This document shows, one piece after another, positions 35,405 through 43,517 of a stretch of DNA of 43,517 bases. The DNA comes from Verrucomicrobiota bacterium (GTDB taxonomy: Bacteria; Verrucomicrobiota; Verrucomicrobiia; Chthoniobacterales; JACTMZ01). The stretch is taken from assembly GCA_014584375.1 (NCBI GenBank), contig JACTMZ010000143.1, positions 1 through 43,517 of the forward strand, in the 5' to 3' direction. The position numbers were made by a program, and so were the translations under genes. Under the pieces are notes generated by a model. It was not told where the DNA came from. It made no database searches and worked only from the letters and a program-made list of their open reading frames with translations. The first letter of the stretch is position 1. The number at the start of each line of letters is the position of its first letter.

Positions 35405-36940
35405 ATGCTTACCAAAATTTTTTCAGCAGCACTTTGCGGTGCCGATGCCATGGAGGTTGAGATTGAAGTCAATGAAGGCTCCGGCGATCCCAAGGTTGTT
35501 TTGGTCGGACTCCCCGACACTGCCGTCAAGGAAAGCAAGGATCGCGTCACCACGGCGATCACCAACAGCGGGTATCGCTGGCCGCGTGGAAGAACCACGA
35601 TCAATCTCGCTCCGGCTGACATTAAAAAGGAGGGCCCCAGTTTCGATCTTCCCATTGCGCTGGGTATGCTCGCCATCGTACACGGACGCGATTTGCCACG
35701 GCTGTCCGACTGCTGCATCACAGGCGAACTGGCGCTGACCGGCGCCATCCGCCCTGTCAAAGGCGTTCTGCCCATGGCATTGGAGGCGCGCCGCCGCAAA
35801 AAGCAAATGCTGATCGTTCCCGAGGAAAACGCACGCGAGGCCTCGGTCGTTCAAGGACTGTCGGTTTACGGCGTCAAAAACCTGCGCGAGTGCTTTGAGT
35901 TTTTGGACGGACAGCGTCAAATTCCCGCTGCGGTTTCCGACTTGAACGCAGTGTTTCACGACAATCAGGTCTTTGAGGTGGATTTTGCCGACGTGAAAGG
36001 TCAGGCGGGAGTCAAGCGGGCGTTTGAGGTGGCGGTGGCCGGCGGGCACAATCTGCTTGTCCTTGGCGCGCCGGGCGCCGGCAAAAGCATGCTGGCCAAA
36101 CGAATTCCCACCATCATGCCGCCCATGACTTTGGAGGAGGCCATTGAAACAACGAAAATTCACAGCGTTTGCGGACTGCTTTCGGAAGGCCGCAATTTTG
36201 TGGCTGTACGCCCGTTTCGCTCCCCGCATCACACAATTTCCGACGCAGGTTTGCTGGGCGGTTCATCCAATCCCGTTCCCGGCGAGGTCAGTCTCGCCCA
36301 CCATGGCGTGCTCTTTCTTGACGAATTACCGGAATTCAAGCGCTCAACACTCGAAGTTCTTCGCCAGCCCCTTGAAGATGCCAGCGTCACGATTTCCCGC
36401 GCGTCCGGAAGTGTCACCTTCCCTGCGGACATCATGCTTGTGGCGGCCATGAATCCCTGTCCTTGCGGATTTTTTGGGCACCCCAAACGGGACTGTCACT
36501 GCTCACAAACGCAGATTGAGCGTTATCGTCAGCGAATTTCCGGCCCTCTTTTGGATCGCATTGACATCCATGTGGAGGCCCCACCCGTGGAATACGATCA
36601 ACTGACCTCCACCCTTCCCTCCGAATCCTCTGCAACAGTGCGCGAACGGGTGAAGCATGTCCGATCCGTGCAGGCGGCGCGTTTTCAGAATTCCCTCTCC
36701 CCCGCTCTCAATGCCCGAATGCAACCAAGGCACATGCGCAAATTCTGCGTCATTTCCGCTTCCTGTCACAGCCTGCTCAAACACGCCATGGAGGATCTGC
36801 ATTTGAGCGCACGCGCCCATGATCGCATCCTGAAAGTCGCCCGCACCATCGCCGATATGGACGGAGCTGAGAACATCGGGGAAAACCACCTTCTCGAAGC
36901 CCTCCAATACCGCAGCCTCGACCGCTCGCTCTGGATGTAA
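35405..36940 (+). CDS. comM: YifB/ComM family Mg-chelatase-like AAA+ ATPase
   Basis: Canonical [23 protein letters not shown]-terminus (Lon-protease-like domain), Walker [17 protein letters not shown], Walker [12 protein letters not shown] and CPCGFFG. The ORF opens at 35237 but overlaps the sigma gene start region. Confidence 0.9.
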   Translation: MLTKIFSAALCGADAMEVEIEVNEGSGDPKVVLVGLPDTAVKESKDRVTTAITNSGYRWPRGRTTINLAPADIKKEGPSFDLPIALGMLAIVHGRDLPRLSDCCITGELALTGAIRPVKGVLPMALEARRRKKQMLIVPEENAREASVVQGLSVYGVKNLRECFEFLDGQRQIPAAVSDLNAVFHDNQVFEVDFADVKGQAGVKRAFEVAVAGGHNLLVLGAPGAGKSMLAKRIPTIMPPMTLEEAIETTKIHSVCGLLSEGRNFVAVRPFRSPHHTISDAGLLGGSSNPVPGEVSLAHHGVLFLDELPEFKRSTLEVLRQPLEDASVTISRASGSVTFPADIMLVAAMNPCPCGFFGHPKRDCHCSQTQIERYRQRISGPLLDRIDIHVEAPPVEYDQLTSTLPSESSATVRERVKHVRSVQAARFQNSLSPALNARMQPRHMRKFCVISASCHSLLKHAMEDLHLSARAHDRILKVARTIADMDGAENIGENHLLEALQYRSLDRSLWM

Positions 36941-36952
36941 ATCCGGCTTTTT
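36931..36952 (+). terminator. candidate intrinsic terminator overlapping the comM stop
   Basis: CTGGAT-GTAA-ATCCGG is a 6-bp stem (one G.U pair) with a GNRA-type loop, followed by C and TTTTT (36948..36952). Confidence 0.4.
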
Positions 36953-37030
36953 ATTGAAATTAAAATCGCGCCGAAACACAAAACACGCGCTCCTGTCATC
37001 GGAAAAACGTCATTTTTGCCTTGCGGGACA

Positions 37031-37056
37031 AATTAGTAAGTGCGAGCTTACTTATT
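37031..37056. promoter_or_regulatory. inverted repeat AATTAGTAAG-N6-CTTACTTATT, candidate TetR operator
   Basis: 10-nt arms with one mismatch, ending 1 nt before the ATG (37058) of the TetR reading frame. This is a typical position for TetR autoregulation. Confidence 0.4.
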
Positions 37057-37057
37057 A

Positions 37058-38956
37058 ATGTCACGGCCGATAGTATATGCCAGCGCTGACATTCTTCGCG
37101 TGGCGGCACGTGTTTTTTTGGAGGACGGCCAGAAGGCGAGCACTCTGAAAATCGCGAATTTGGCCGGTGTTTCGGAAGCTGTTCTTTTCAAGCGATTCAA
37201 AACAAAGGATGCGCTTTTTGAGGCGGCGATGAGCATGGAGCTTGGTGTGGACGACTGGGGGCAGCAGCTTCTCACCCGGGTGGGAAGCCGAAGTCTGGAA
37301 GTCAATCTCACCGAAGCCCTTTCCGCCCTTCTCGAACGACTCCAGACAATCCTTCCCAAAATCATGATGCTGCGCGCGGCGGGAAAATATGCTGGTCCGA
37401 GACGGATGCTAAAAGACGCCCCGCCCCTGCGTGCCGCCCGGGTGATTCGCGATTATCTGGCGCGTGAACAGCGGCGGGGACGCCTGAACACACGTCATCC
37501 CCTCATGCACGCACACCAAATGGTCGGCGGCATTTCCCATTATGTCAGCATTGCCGAAATGAGCGGAATCTCTCCGGGAAACGCCCGGGAATATGTAAAG
37601 CTGCTGGTTGACTCCCAACTCGCCGCCATGCGTCCGTCGGCAAAACCCCGACGCGTCGCCGTCGCCATCGCTTTGCTTTTCTTCGGCACAGCCGCCGTTT
37701 CCTCTGCTGAAACCGTGACGTGGACGCAATGCGTGCAGGAAGCCGCGCTCAACAATCCCGGCATTGCGGCGGCGGTGAAGGAAGTCGAGCGAACAGACGC
37801 CGCGCGCAAAGGCGCCTACAGCACGTTTATTCCGCAAGTGAGCCTTTCGGCGGGATTCAGCCGGGCCAAGCAGGAACAAATGATCAACACCTCCACGGGA
37901 GTGATGGAGGCGACGACATTTGGCGATCCGGGATTTTGGTCGAATTATGCGGACAGTTACAGCGCACAACTGCAGGTGCAGCAAACGGTTTTTGACGGAT
38001 TTGCCACGCGTGGAAAAGTGACCAAAGCCCGGGCGGAAACCAGTGTGGCGATGGCAAAGCTTCTCACGCAAAAGGCGGGGGCCAGCTTTGAATTGAAAAG
38101 CGCCTTCGCCCAGTTGCTTTACGCGCAAACGTTGATCGGCGTTTTGCGCGACATCACCGAGCAGCGGGAACGCAATTGCCGCATGGTCGAGTTGAAATAC
38201 GAAAACGGACGGGAAAATCGCGGTGCCGTTCTCATGAGCAGGGCACTGTTGAGCCAGGCTCGCTTGGAAAGCAAGCAGGCGGTCCGGCTTCTTGAAGTTT
38301 CCCGCATTCAACTGGCAACCGTCATGGGACGTAATTCCTACTCTCCCTTCGAGGCAAAGGGGTCGCTGGTGACATCCGTTCCGATGAAATCGCCGGATTA
38401 CCGCAAGCTTGCCCTGAAAACGCCGGCGGCATTTCAGCAGGCGGCTGTTGCGGATGCTGCAAAAGCCGGCATCACGGTGGCGCAAAGCGATTTTTATCCG
38501 CAGATCAGCCTCACCGCCAATTTGGGAGCCCGGAGCACAACCGGATTTGATCAGCAGCCGAACACCTGGGCCATTGGCGCAACGGGAAACTGGGCGATTT
38601 TCGACGGAACACAAACGTACTTCAACGTTCGCACCGCCCGATTGGCCCACGAGGCGTCCTTGACCACCCTGCGTCAGACGCATGATGACACAGCGCGCAC
38701 CCTTGCGGAAAATTACAACGCCCTACTGGATGCGATTGATCAAATTGCCGTCGGAGCGGAACTTTATGCCGCCTCCTCCCTTCGCACGCAAATTGTAGAA
38801 GCGCAATACCGCAACGGATTGGCTTCGTTTCAGGAATTCGATCAAATTACCAACGACAAAATCACCCGACAGAAACGAGACCTGCTCAACCGCCGCGACG
38901 CCGTTTTGGCTGAAGCCCGCTGGGAACAGTCCCTCGGCGTCGGCGCCATTCCATGA
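37058..38956 (+). CDS. continuous ORF: TetR-family regulator domain (about 37058..37627) in frame with a TolC-family outer membrane efflux protein
   Basis: TetR HTH STLKIANLAGVSEAVLFKRFKTKDALF plus a ~190-aa TetR-sized body. With no intervening stop, the sequence continues MRPSAKPRRVAVAIALLFFGTAAVSSA/ETVTWTQCVQEAALNNPGIAAA..., a signal peptide and TolC-type repeats. GTG 37040 is an alternative start. Confidence 0.7.
   Translation: MSRPIVYASADILRVAARVFLEDGQKASTLKIANLAGVSEAVLFKRFKTKDALFEAAMSMELGVDDWGQQLLTRVGSRSLEVNLTEALSALLERLQTILPKIMMLRAAGKYAGPRRMLKDAPPLRAARVIRDYLAREQRRGRLNTRHPLMHAHQMVGGISHYVSIAEMSGISPGNAREYVKLLVDSQLAAMRPSAKPRRVAVAIALLFFGTAAVSSAETVTWTQCVQEAALNNPGIAAAVKEVERTDAARKGAYSTFIPQVSLSAGFSRAKQEQMINTSTGVMEATTFGDPGFWSNYADSYSAQLQVQQTVFDGFATRGKVTKARAETSVAMAKLLTQKAGASFELKSAFAQLLYAQTLIGVLRDITEQRERNCRMVELKYENGRENRGAVLMSRALLSQARLESKQAVRLLEVSRIQLATVMGRNSYSPFEAKGSLVTSVPMKSPDYRKLALKTPAAFQQAAVADAAKAGITVAQSDFYPQISLTANLGARSTTGFDQQPNTWAIGATGNWAIFDGTQTYFNVRTARLAHEASLTTLRQTHDDTARTLAENYNALLDAIDQIAVGAELYAASSLRTQIVEAQYRNGLASFQEFDQITNDKITRQKRDLLNRRDAVLAEARWEQSLGVGAIP
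37628..38956 (+). CDS. TolC-family outer membrane efflux protein translated from the internal ATG (alternative model to the fusion above)
   Basis: ATG 37628 begins a textbook Sec signal peptide (basic n-region RPSAKPRR, hydrophobic core, SSA cleavage motif). Export of a functional OMP requires this N-terminus. Confidence 0.65.
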   Translation: MRPSAKPRRVAVAIALLFFGTAAVSSAETVTWTQCVQEAALNNPGIAAAVKEVERTDAARKGAYSTFIPQVSLSAGFSRAKQEQMINTSTGVMEATTFGDPGFWSNYADSYSAQLQVQQTVFDGFATRGKVTKARAETSVAMAKLLTQKAGASFELKSAFAQLLYAQTLIGVLRDITEQRERNCRMVELKYENGRENRGAVLMSRALLSQARLESKQAVRLLEVSRIQLATVMGRNSYSPFEAKGSLVTSVPMKSPDYRKLALKTPAAFQQAAVADAAKAGITVAQSDFYPQISLTANLGARSTTGFDQQPNTWAIGATGNWAIFDGTQTYFNVRTARLAHEASLTTLRQTHDDTARTLAENYNALLDAIDQIAVGAELYAASSLRTQIVEAQYRNGLASFQEFDQITNDKITRQKRDLLNRRDAVLAEARWEQSLGVGAIP

Positions 38957-39948
38957 AAAAATTCATCCTTTTAATTCTCTTCGTCGCAGCCGCCGCGCTT
39001 GTGTGGGCATGGTACAATGAATATCCGCCGTTTGCAGCAGCTCCGGCTCCGACGATTGGAGAAGAAGAAATTGTCACAGTGCGCCGTGGCGACATTTCTC
39101 TGGAAGTCCTTTCCAGCGCCGTCATCACTCCCGAAAATAAATTGGAAATCAAACCTCCCCTCGCCGGACGCGCCGAAACGGTGCTGGTGGACATCGGCCA
39201 GCACGTCAAACGCGGACAGACCCTGGCCATGATGAGCTCCACCGAACGGGCCGCCCTGCTTGACGCGGCGCGGGCCAAGGGAAAAAAGGAAGCGGCGTTT
39301 TGGGAGGAAATTTACAAGCCCGCCCCGCTGGTCGCCCCGCTTGACGGCGTCATTATTTCACGAAGTCTGATCCCCGGCCAGGTCATCACCACGAGCGATG
39401 TGGCCTTCATCATGTCCGACCACCTCATCGCCCAGGCCAGCATGGATGAAACGGATCTCGCCAAGGTCTATCTGGGGCAGCCGGCCACGGTCATTTTGGA
39501 CAGCTATCCCAAGCAACCCATCACCGGTGAAGTATTAAAAATCGCCTACAATGGAGTGACGACGAACAATGTGACGACTTATCCGGTGTATGTGAGCATG
39601 AAGGAAGTTCCGGAGTTTGCCCGCAGCGGAATGACGGCCAGCACGGGCTTTTTGGTAAAAGTGAGCAAGCAAACGCTGCTGCTGCCAACAGACGCGGTGA
39701 CCTCCAGCAACACGGTGCTGCTTCCTCCTGCGGCACCAGGAGAGTCTCCTGTGGCGAAAAAAGTCGTCACTGGACTGTCTGACGGCAAGGACATTGAAAT
39801 TAAAAAGGGGCTTTCCGAAGGCGACCGGGTTCTGCGCACCGCCTATCGTCTTCCGGAGCAAAAAAGTCAGGAGGGCTTTTCCCTCCTTCCCCGCCCCAAG
39901 CAAAAACGGGACACGCCCCCTTCGCAATTACCATCCCGATCCCATTGA
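38953..39948 (+). CDS. macA: efflux transporter periplasmic adaptor subunit (MacA/HlyD family)
   Basis: N-terminal anchor, then lipoyl/beta-barrel motifs (KPPLAGRAETVLVDIGQHVKRGQTLAMM, APLDGVIISR). The start overlaps the TolC stop in an ATGA. Confidence 0.82.
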   Translation: MKKFILLILFVAAAALVWAWYNEYPPFAAAPAPTIGEEEIVTVRRGDISLEVLSSAVITPENKLEIKPPLAGRAETVLVDIGQHVKRGQTLAMMSSTERAALLDAARAKGKKEAAFWEEIYKPAPLVAPLDGVIISRSLIPGQVITTSDVAFIMSDHLIAQASMDETDLAKVYLGQPATVILDSYPKQPITGEVLKIAYNGVTTNNVTTYPVYVSMKEVPEFARSGMTASTGFLVKVSKQTLLLPTDAVTSSNTVLLPPAAPGESPVAKKVVTGLSDGKDIEIKKGLSEGDRVLRTAYRLPEQKSQEGFSLLPRPKQKRDTPPSQLPSRSH

Positions 39949-39958
39949 ATGCGGTTTC

Positions 39959-41908
39959 ATGATCGAGATTGAGCATATTGACAAAATCTACCGCATGGGC
40001 CGCATGGAAGTGCAGGCCCTGCGGGATGTGTCACTGCGCATCGAGCCCGGGGAATTTGTCGCCATCACCGGACAATCCGGGTCGGGAAAATCCACCCTGC
40101 TGCACATTCTGGGGCTTCTCGATCGTCCAACAAACGGACGCTTTCACTTCGCCGGACGCGATGTTTCTACGCTCAACGACAGTCAACTGGCCGCCCTTCG
40201 TTCCGGCGAAATCGGATTTGTTTTTCAACAATTTCATCTCCTGCGCCGCACCAGCGCCCTGGATAACGTCAATCTTCCCCTGGTTTACGGTGGAATTCGC
40301 GACAGACATCGCGGGCTTGAGTTGTTGAAACGGGTGGATCTTGCGGAGCGCGCCCAGCATCGCCCAAACGAACTTTCCGGCGGTCAGCAACAGCGTGTGG
40401 CCATCGCGCGCGCCCTCATTCGCCAGCCCCGCCTGCTTCTCGCCGACGAACCCACGGGCAACCTCGATTCCGCAAGCGGACGCGAAATCATGTCCCTCTT
40501 CCATCAACTCAACGCCGAGGGAATCACCGTCATCCTCGTCACCCACGAGCCGTCCGTGGCGGAAGCAGCCCGGCGGCAAATTCGCGTGGCGGATGGATGT
40601 ATTGCCCGGGACGAAACCGCCGGGACATCGGTGACTGTTCCGGCCCTGCCACAGCCTACCGCAAAGGCTGGGCGGCGTCCGGGCCTTTTTCGCCGCATCG
40701 GTTCCTATTTCACACAGGCGTGGCGCGCCCTTCTGCTGAACAAAATGCGCACGCTTCTCTCCGCGCTGGGAATCATCATCGGCGTGGGTGCCGTGATCGG
40801 TATGCTTTCACTCGGAACAGGGGCGCAGAATTCCATCACCAATCAGCTCTCCAGCATGGGCGCGAACCGTCTGTCCATTCGCCCGGATGCACAAAGTATC
40901 GCCGGCGTGCGGCAGGCCATCGGTGGAATCAGCCGCATGACACAGGAACAAGCCGAGGAAATTCTTGAAAAAGTTCCGCTGGTCAAAGCCACGGCGGCCA
41001 ACATTTCCACTCGCGGGCAGGTGGTCTGGGGCAATTCCAATGTCAACACCCAACTCCTGGGCACAACACCGGGATACGAGGAAATTTTTGACGTTACGCC
41101 CATAGTCGGACGTTTTTTTACGGAGAATGAAAATCAACGCCGTGAACGGGTCGCCCTTGTCGGACGCACCGTGGCGCAAAATCTTTTTGGCGGCGACATC
41201 AATCCCGTCGGCGAAGTCGTCAAAATCAATTCCGTTCCCTTCCGCGTCATCGGCCTCCTCAAACCACGAGGAGAACAGGGCTATTGGGATGCGGACGACA
41301 TTGTGATCATTCCCCTGCAAACCGCCATGTATCGCATGACCGGACGGCGTTTTGTCGAATCCATTGATGTCGCTGTCGCCGAAAGTACGATGGTGGACAC
41401 GGCTCAGGAACAAATTTTCCGACTTTTTGCCCACTGGCCGAAGATTCCGGGGGTCGTCGGAGCCGGCTATCGAATCGCCAACTTTGCCTCAATGCAGGAG
41501 GCGTTCACATCCATTTTCCGCAGCATTTCCATCCTTCTGGCCACCGTGGCGGCCATTTCGCTCGTTGTCGGCGGCATCGGGGTGATGAATATCATGCTGG
41601 TCTCGGTGACCGAGCGAACGCGCGAGATTGGATTGCGCAAGGCTCTCGGGGCCAACAACAGCGACATCCTCGCGCAATTTCTCATTGAAGCGGTGACACT
41701 CTGCCTCGGCGGTGGTGCCATCGGACTCGGGCTCGGTGCGACACTCACCTTCGTCGGGGCACTTGTGACAGGATGGTCGCTGAGCGTCACAACCGGCTCG
41801 GTCATTCTGGCCGTTGGATTCTCCGTTGCCGTCGGATTGATCTTCGGTATCTGGCCCGCGCGAAAAGCCTCCCTGCTCGATCCGATTGAGGCGCTCCGGC
41901 ATGAATAA
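39959..41908 (+). CDS. macB: MacB-type ABC transporter, fused ATPase-permease
   Basis: Walker [12 protein letters not shown], signature [15 protein letters not shown], Walker [13 protein letters not shown], then MacB periplasmic and FtsX-like permease domains. The ORF opens at 39794 inside macA; ATG 39959 gives [11 protein letters not shown]. Confidence 0.9.
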   Translation: MIEIEHIDKIYRMGRMEVQALRDVSLRIEPGEFVAITGQSGSGKSTLLHILGLLDRPTNGRFHFAGRDVSTLNDSQLAALRSGEIGFVFQQFHLLRRTSALDNVNLPLVYGGIRDRHRGLELLKRVDLAERAQHRPNELSGGQQQRVAIARALIRQPRLLLADEPTGNLDSASGREIMSLFHQLNAEGITVILVTHEPSVAEAARRQIRVADGCIARDETAGTSVTVPALPQPTAKAGRRPGLFRRIGSYFTQAWRALLLNKMRTLLSALGIIIGVGAVIGMLSLGTGAQNSITNQLSSMGANRLSIRPDAQSIAGVRQAIGGISRMTQEQAEEILEKVPLVKATAANISTRGQVVWGNSNVNTQLLGTTPGYEEIFDVTPIVGRFFTENENQRRERVALVGRTVAQNLFGGDINPVGEVVKINSVPFRVIGLLKPRGEQGYWDADDIVIIPLQTAMYRMTGRRFVESIDVAVAESTMVDTAQEQIFRLFAHWPKIPGVVGAGYRIANFASMQEAFTSIFRSISILLATVAAISLVVGGIGVMNIMLVSVTERTREIGLRKALGANNSDILAQFLIEAVTLCLGGGAIGLGLGATLTFVGALVTGWSLSVTTGSVILAVGFSVAVGLIFGIWPARKASLLDPIEALRHE

Positions 41909-43208
41909 TTCATTTCATCGCCTCGCCTTCATGCTGCGCGCGCTGCGCCACCGAAATTACCGGCTTTTTTTCATCGGCCAAATCATTTCGTTGTGCGGTT
42001 CATGGATAACCAACATCGCCACCGGCTGGCTTGTTTTCCGCCTCACCGGATCGCCGTGGATGCTCGGTGTGGTGACGTTTTGCGGACAGATTCCGGTCTT
42101 CATTCTCGCTCCCTTCACCGGATTGCTGGTGGATCGCATGGACAAACGGCGAGGGCTGGTGCTCACACAAACTTTTTCCATGCTGCAATCCTTTGCGCTG
42201 GCGGCACTCGTTTTCAGCGGATTCGCCTCCGTGACGGCCATCGCCGCGCTGAGTGTTGTTCAGGGAATCATCATCGCTTTCGACATTCCCCTGCGCCAAT
42301 CCTTCCTCGTGGACATGGTCGAGGATCGAGCCGACCTCGGCAACGCCATCGCCTTGAATTCCTCCATGTTCAACGCCGCGCGCCTCGTGGGGCCATCCAT
42401 CGGTGCCGTCATCATCGCCGCCGTTGGGGAAGCATGGTGCTTTTTCATTGATGGCGTCAGTTTTATCGGCGTCATCGCTTCCTTTCTGATGATGAAAGTC
42501 CATGTTCCCAGCAGGGATCTTTTGCACAGCAACATGCTTGAGGAATTACGCGACGGATGGCTGCTTGTATCCGGACCGGGGCCGATTCGACGCATCACTC
42601 TGCTGCTGGCCGCAGTCAGTCTCCTGGGTGCCCCCTATCTGAGCCTGCTTCCCGTTTTTGCGGGTGATATTTTGCACGGCAATGCCAAAACCCTCGGCGT
42701 CCTCATGAGTTCCGCCGGAGCAGGAGCATTGCTGGGTGCGGCATGGATGGCGGGACGACGCAGCGTCCTGGGCCTGGTAAAAATTATTCCCATCACCGTC
42801 GCCATCTTCGGGCTCAGCGTCGCGGGATTTGCGTTTTCCCGCACCATCTGGCTTTCGTCGGCCTTCCTCTTCTCCGCCGGATTCTGTCTGATGATCCACG
42901 CCACAGCGAGCAACACGATCCTGCAAACCATAACGGATGACGACAAACGCGGACGCGTGATGGCCTTTTATATGATGGCCTTTGTTGGCGTGGCTCCGTT
43001 TGGAAGCCTTCTGGTTGGCAAACTCTCGGAGCGTATCGGACCCGGTCCGGCCGTTGGCCTCGGAGGCTTTTTCTGCCTTGTCGCCGCCATCGTATTTTTC
43101 TTCGGATTGCGCCGACTCAAAGCCGCCATACGTCCAATTTATCTGCGCATGGGAATTCTGCCACCGGCGCCCGAAGCGGCGGGAGGCGTTGTGGAAACAC
43201 GTTGCTGA
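41901..43208 (+). CDS. MFS transporter (EntS/MFS_3-like)
   Basis: A 12-TM-type hydrophobic profile, LVDRMDKRR loop motif and RNYRLFFIGQ N-terminus. ATG 41901 overlaps the macB stop; TTG 41886 is an alternative start. Confidence 0.82.
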   Translation: MNNSFHRLAFMLRALRHRNYRLFFIGQIISLCGSWITNIATGWLVFRLTGSPWMLGVVTFCGQIPVFILAPFTGLLVDRMDKRRGLVLTQTFSMLQSFALAALVFSGFASVTAIAALSVVQGIIIAFDIPLRQSFLVDMVEDRADLGNAIALNSSMFNAARLVGPSIGAVIIAAVGEAWCFFIDGVSFIGVIASFLMMKVHVPSRDLLHSNMLEELRDGWLLVSGPGPIRRITLLLAAVSLLGAPYLSLLPVFAGDILHGNAKTLGVLMSSAGAGALLGAAWMAGRRSVLGLVKIIPITVAIFGLSVAGFAFSRTIWLSSAFLFSAGFCLMIHATASNTILQTITDDDKRGRVMAFYMMAFVGVAPFGSLLVGKLSERIGPGPAVGLGGFFCLVAAIVFFFGLRRLKAAIRPIYLRMGILPPAPEAAGGVVETRC

Positions 43209-43260
43209 CGAACAAACATTGCGGCTTTCCCCGCCGCCTCCCCTTTCCTACTCTGCGAAC

Positions 43261-43517
43261 GTGATTAAGCTGATCATTCGACGCATTCCCTCGTTGATCT
43301 TCGTGCTGTTCTGCGTGATCACGCTGACCTTTTTTCTTGTTCGTCTTGCGCCCGGCGGCCCCTTTGATCGCGAACGAAAAATCCCGCCGGCCATAGAGAA
43401 AAAATTACTGGAAAAGTACAAGCTTGATGGCTCGCTGTGGACGCAATTTTCCGGATACATCGCTGATGTGGCACGCGGCGATCTGCGTCTTTCGACAAAA
43501 TATCGCAATCGCAGCGT
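43261..43517 (+). CDS. oligopeptide/dipeptide-type ABC transporter permease (OppB/DppB family), N-terminal part; continues past the right edge
   Basis: Not in the ORF track (no stop in the window). My translation from GTG 43261: VIKLIIRRIPSLIFVLFCVITLTFFLVRLAPGGPFDRERKIPPAIEKKLLEKYKLDGSLWTQFSGYIADVARGDLRLSTKYRNRS. This is near-collinear with the E. coli OppB N-terminus as I remember it. Confidence 0.72.
   Translation, partial: MIKLIIRRIPSLIFVLFCVITLTFFLVRLAPGGPFDRERKIPPAIEKKLLEKYKLDGSLWTQFSGYIADVARGDLRLSTKYRNRS

Noticed and set aside
37409-38683. 424-aa minus-strand ORF inside the TolC-like gene
   Set aside because: It is antisense to a well-supported TolC-family frame, Arg/Gly-rich, and has no motifs.
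43248-43508. 86-aa minus-strand ORF at the right edge
   Set aside because: The + frame from GTG 43261 encodes a textbook OppB-type permease N-terminus, so the minus ORF is its shadow.

Overview
Gene-dense, mostly housekeeping chromosomal window from a moderately GC-rich bacterium. A ~50-aa small basic protein, a Corynebacterium-type GlgA and Shine-Dalgarno-poor C/A-rich leaders suggest a PVC/Verrucomicrobia-like organism, but that is inference only. I support about 40 protein genes. I found no rRNA, tRNA, CRISPR array, transposase, integrase or phage genes. Gene order (<> divergent, >< convergent): SirB1-like (partial) <> sppA-CPBP protease-thiL-HAD-bioB-UPF0173 hydrolase (tightly coupled) >< lipoprotein <> ruvA-unknown 434 aa, small basic protein, pseudouridine synthase, RidA >< TIM-barrel sugar isomerase <> AraC >< DUF3820-lepA <> membrane protein, acyl-CoA synthetase >< rhomboid-like-DUF1622, glgA <> dprA-topoisomerase III, DUF2249-ChuW/HutW::HutX-ChuY-like, small lipoprotein >< amt-gdhA <> carB, MscS-cNMP channel, GYF-bactofilin >< sigma-70 <> comM, TetR::TolC-macA-macB-MFS, OppB-like permease (partial). 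The most interesting items are: (1) an anaerobic haem-degradation locus with ChuW and HutX fused into one polypeptide, an unexplained DUF2249 first gene and a Fur-like 7-1-7 palindrome directly upstream; (2) a TetR regulator reading in frame, with no stop, into a TolC-like outer-membrane gene ahead of macAB; (3) a convergent RidA/TIM-barrel pair where both genes lack stops at the expected ends, giving ORFs that overlap by about 700 nt; (4) an uncharacterised 434-aa protein translationally coupled to ruvA where ruvB usually sits. Several perfect palindromes and hairpins, and extreme gene packing (start codons 5 bp apart, shared TTAA stops), are also recorded. All functional calls come from motif recognition by eye. 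No database search was run.
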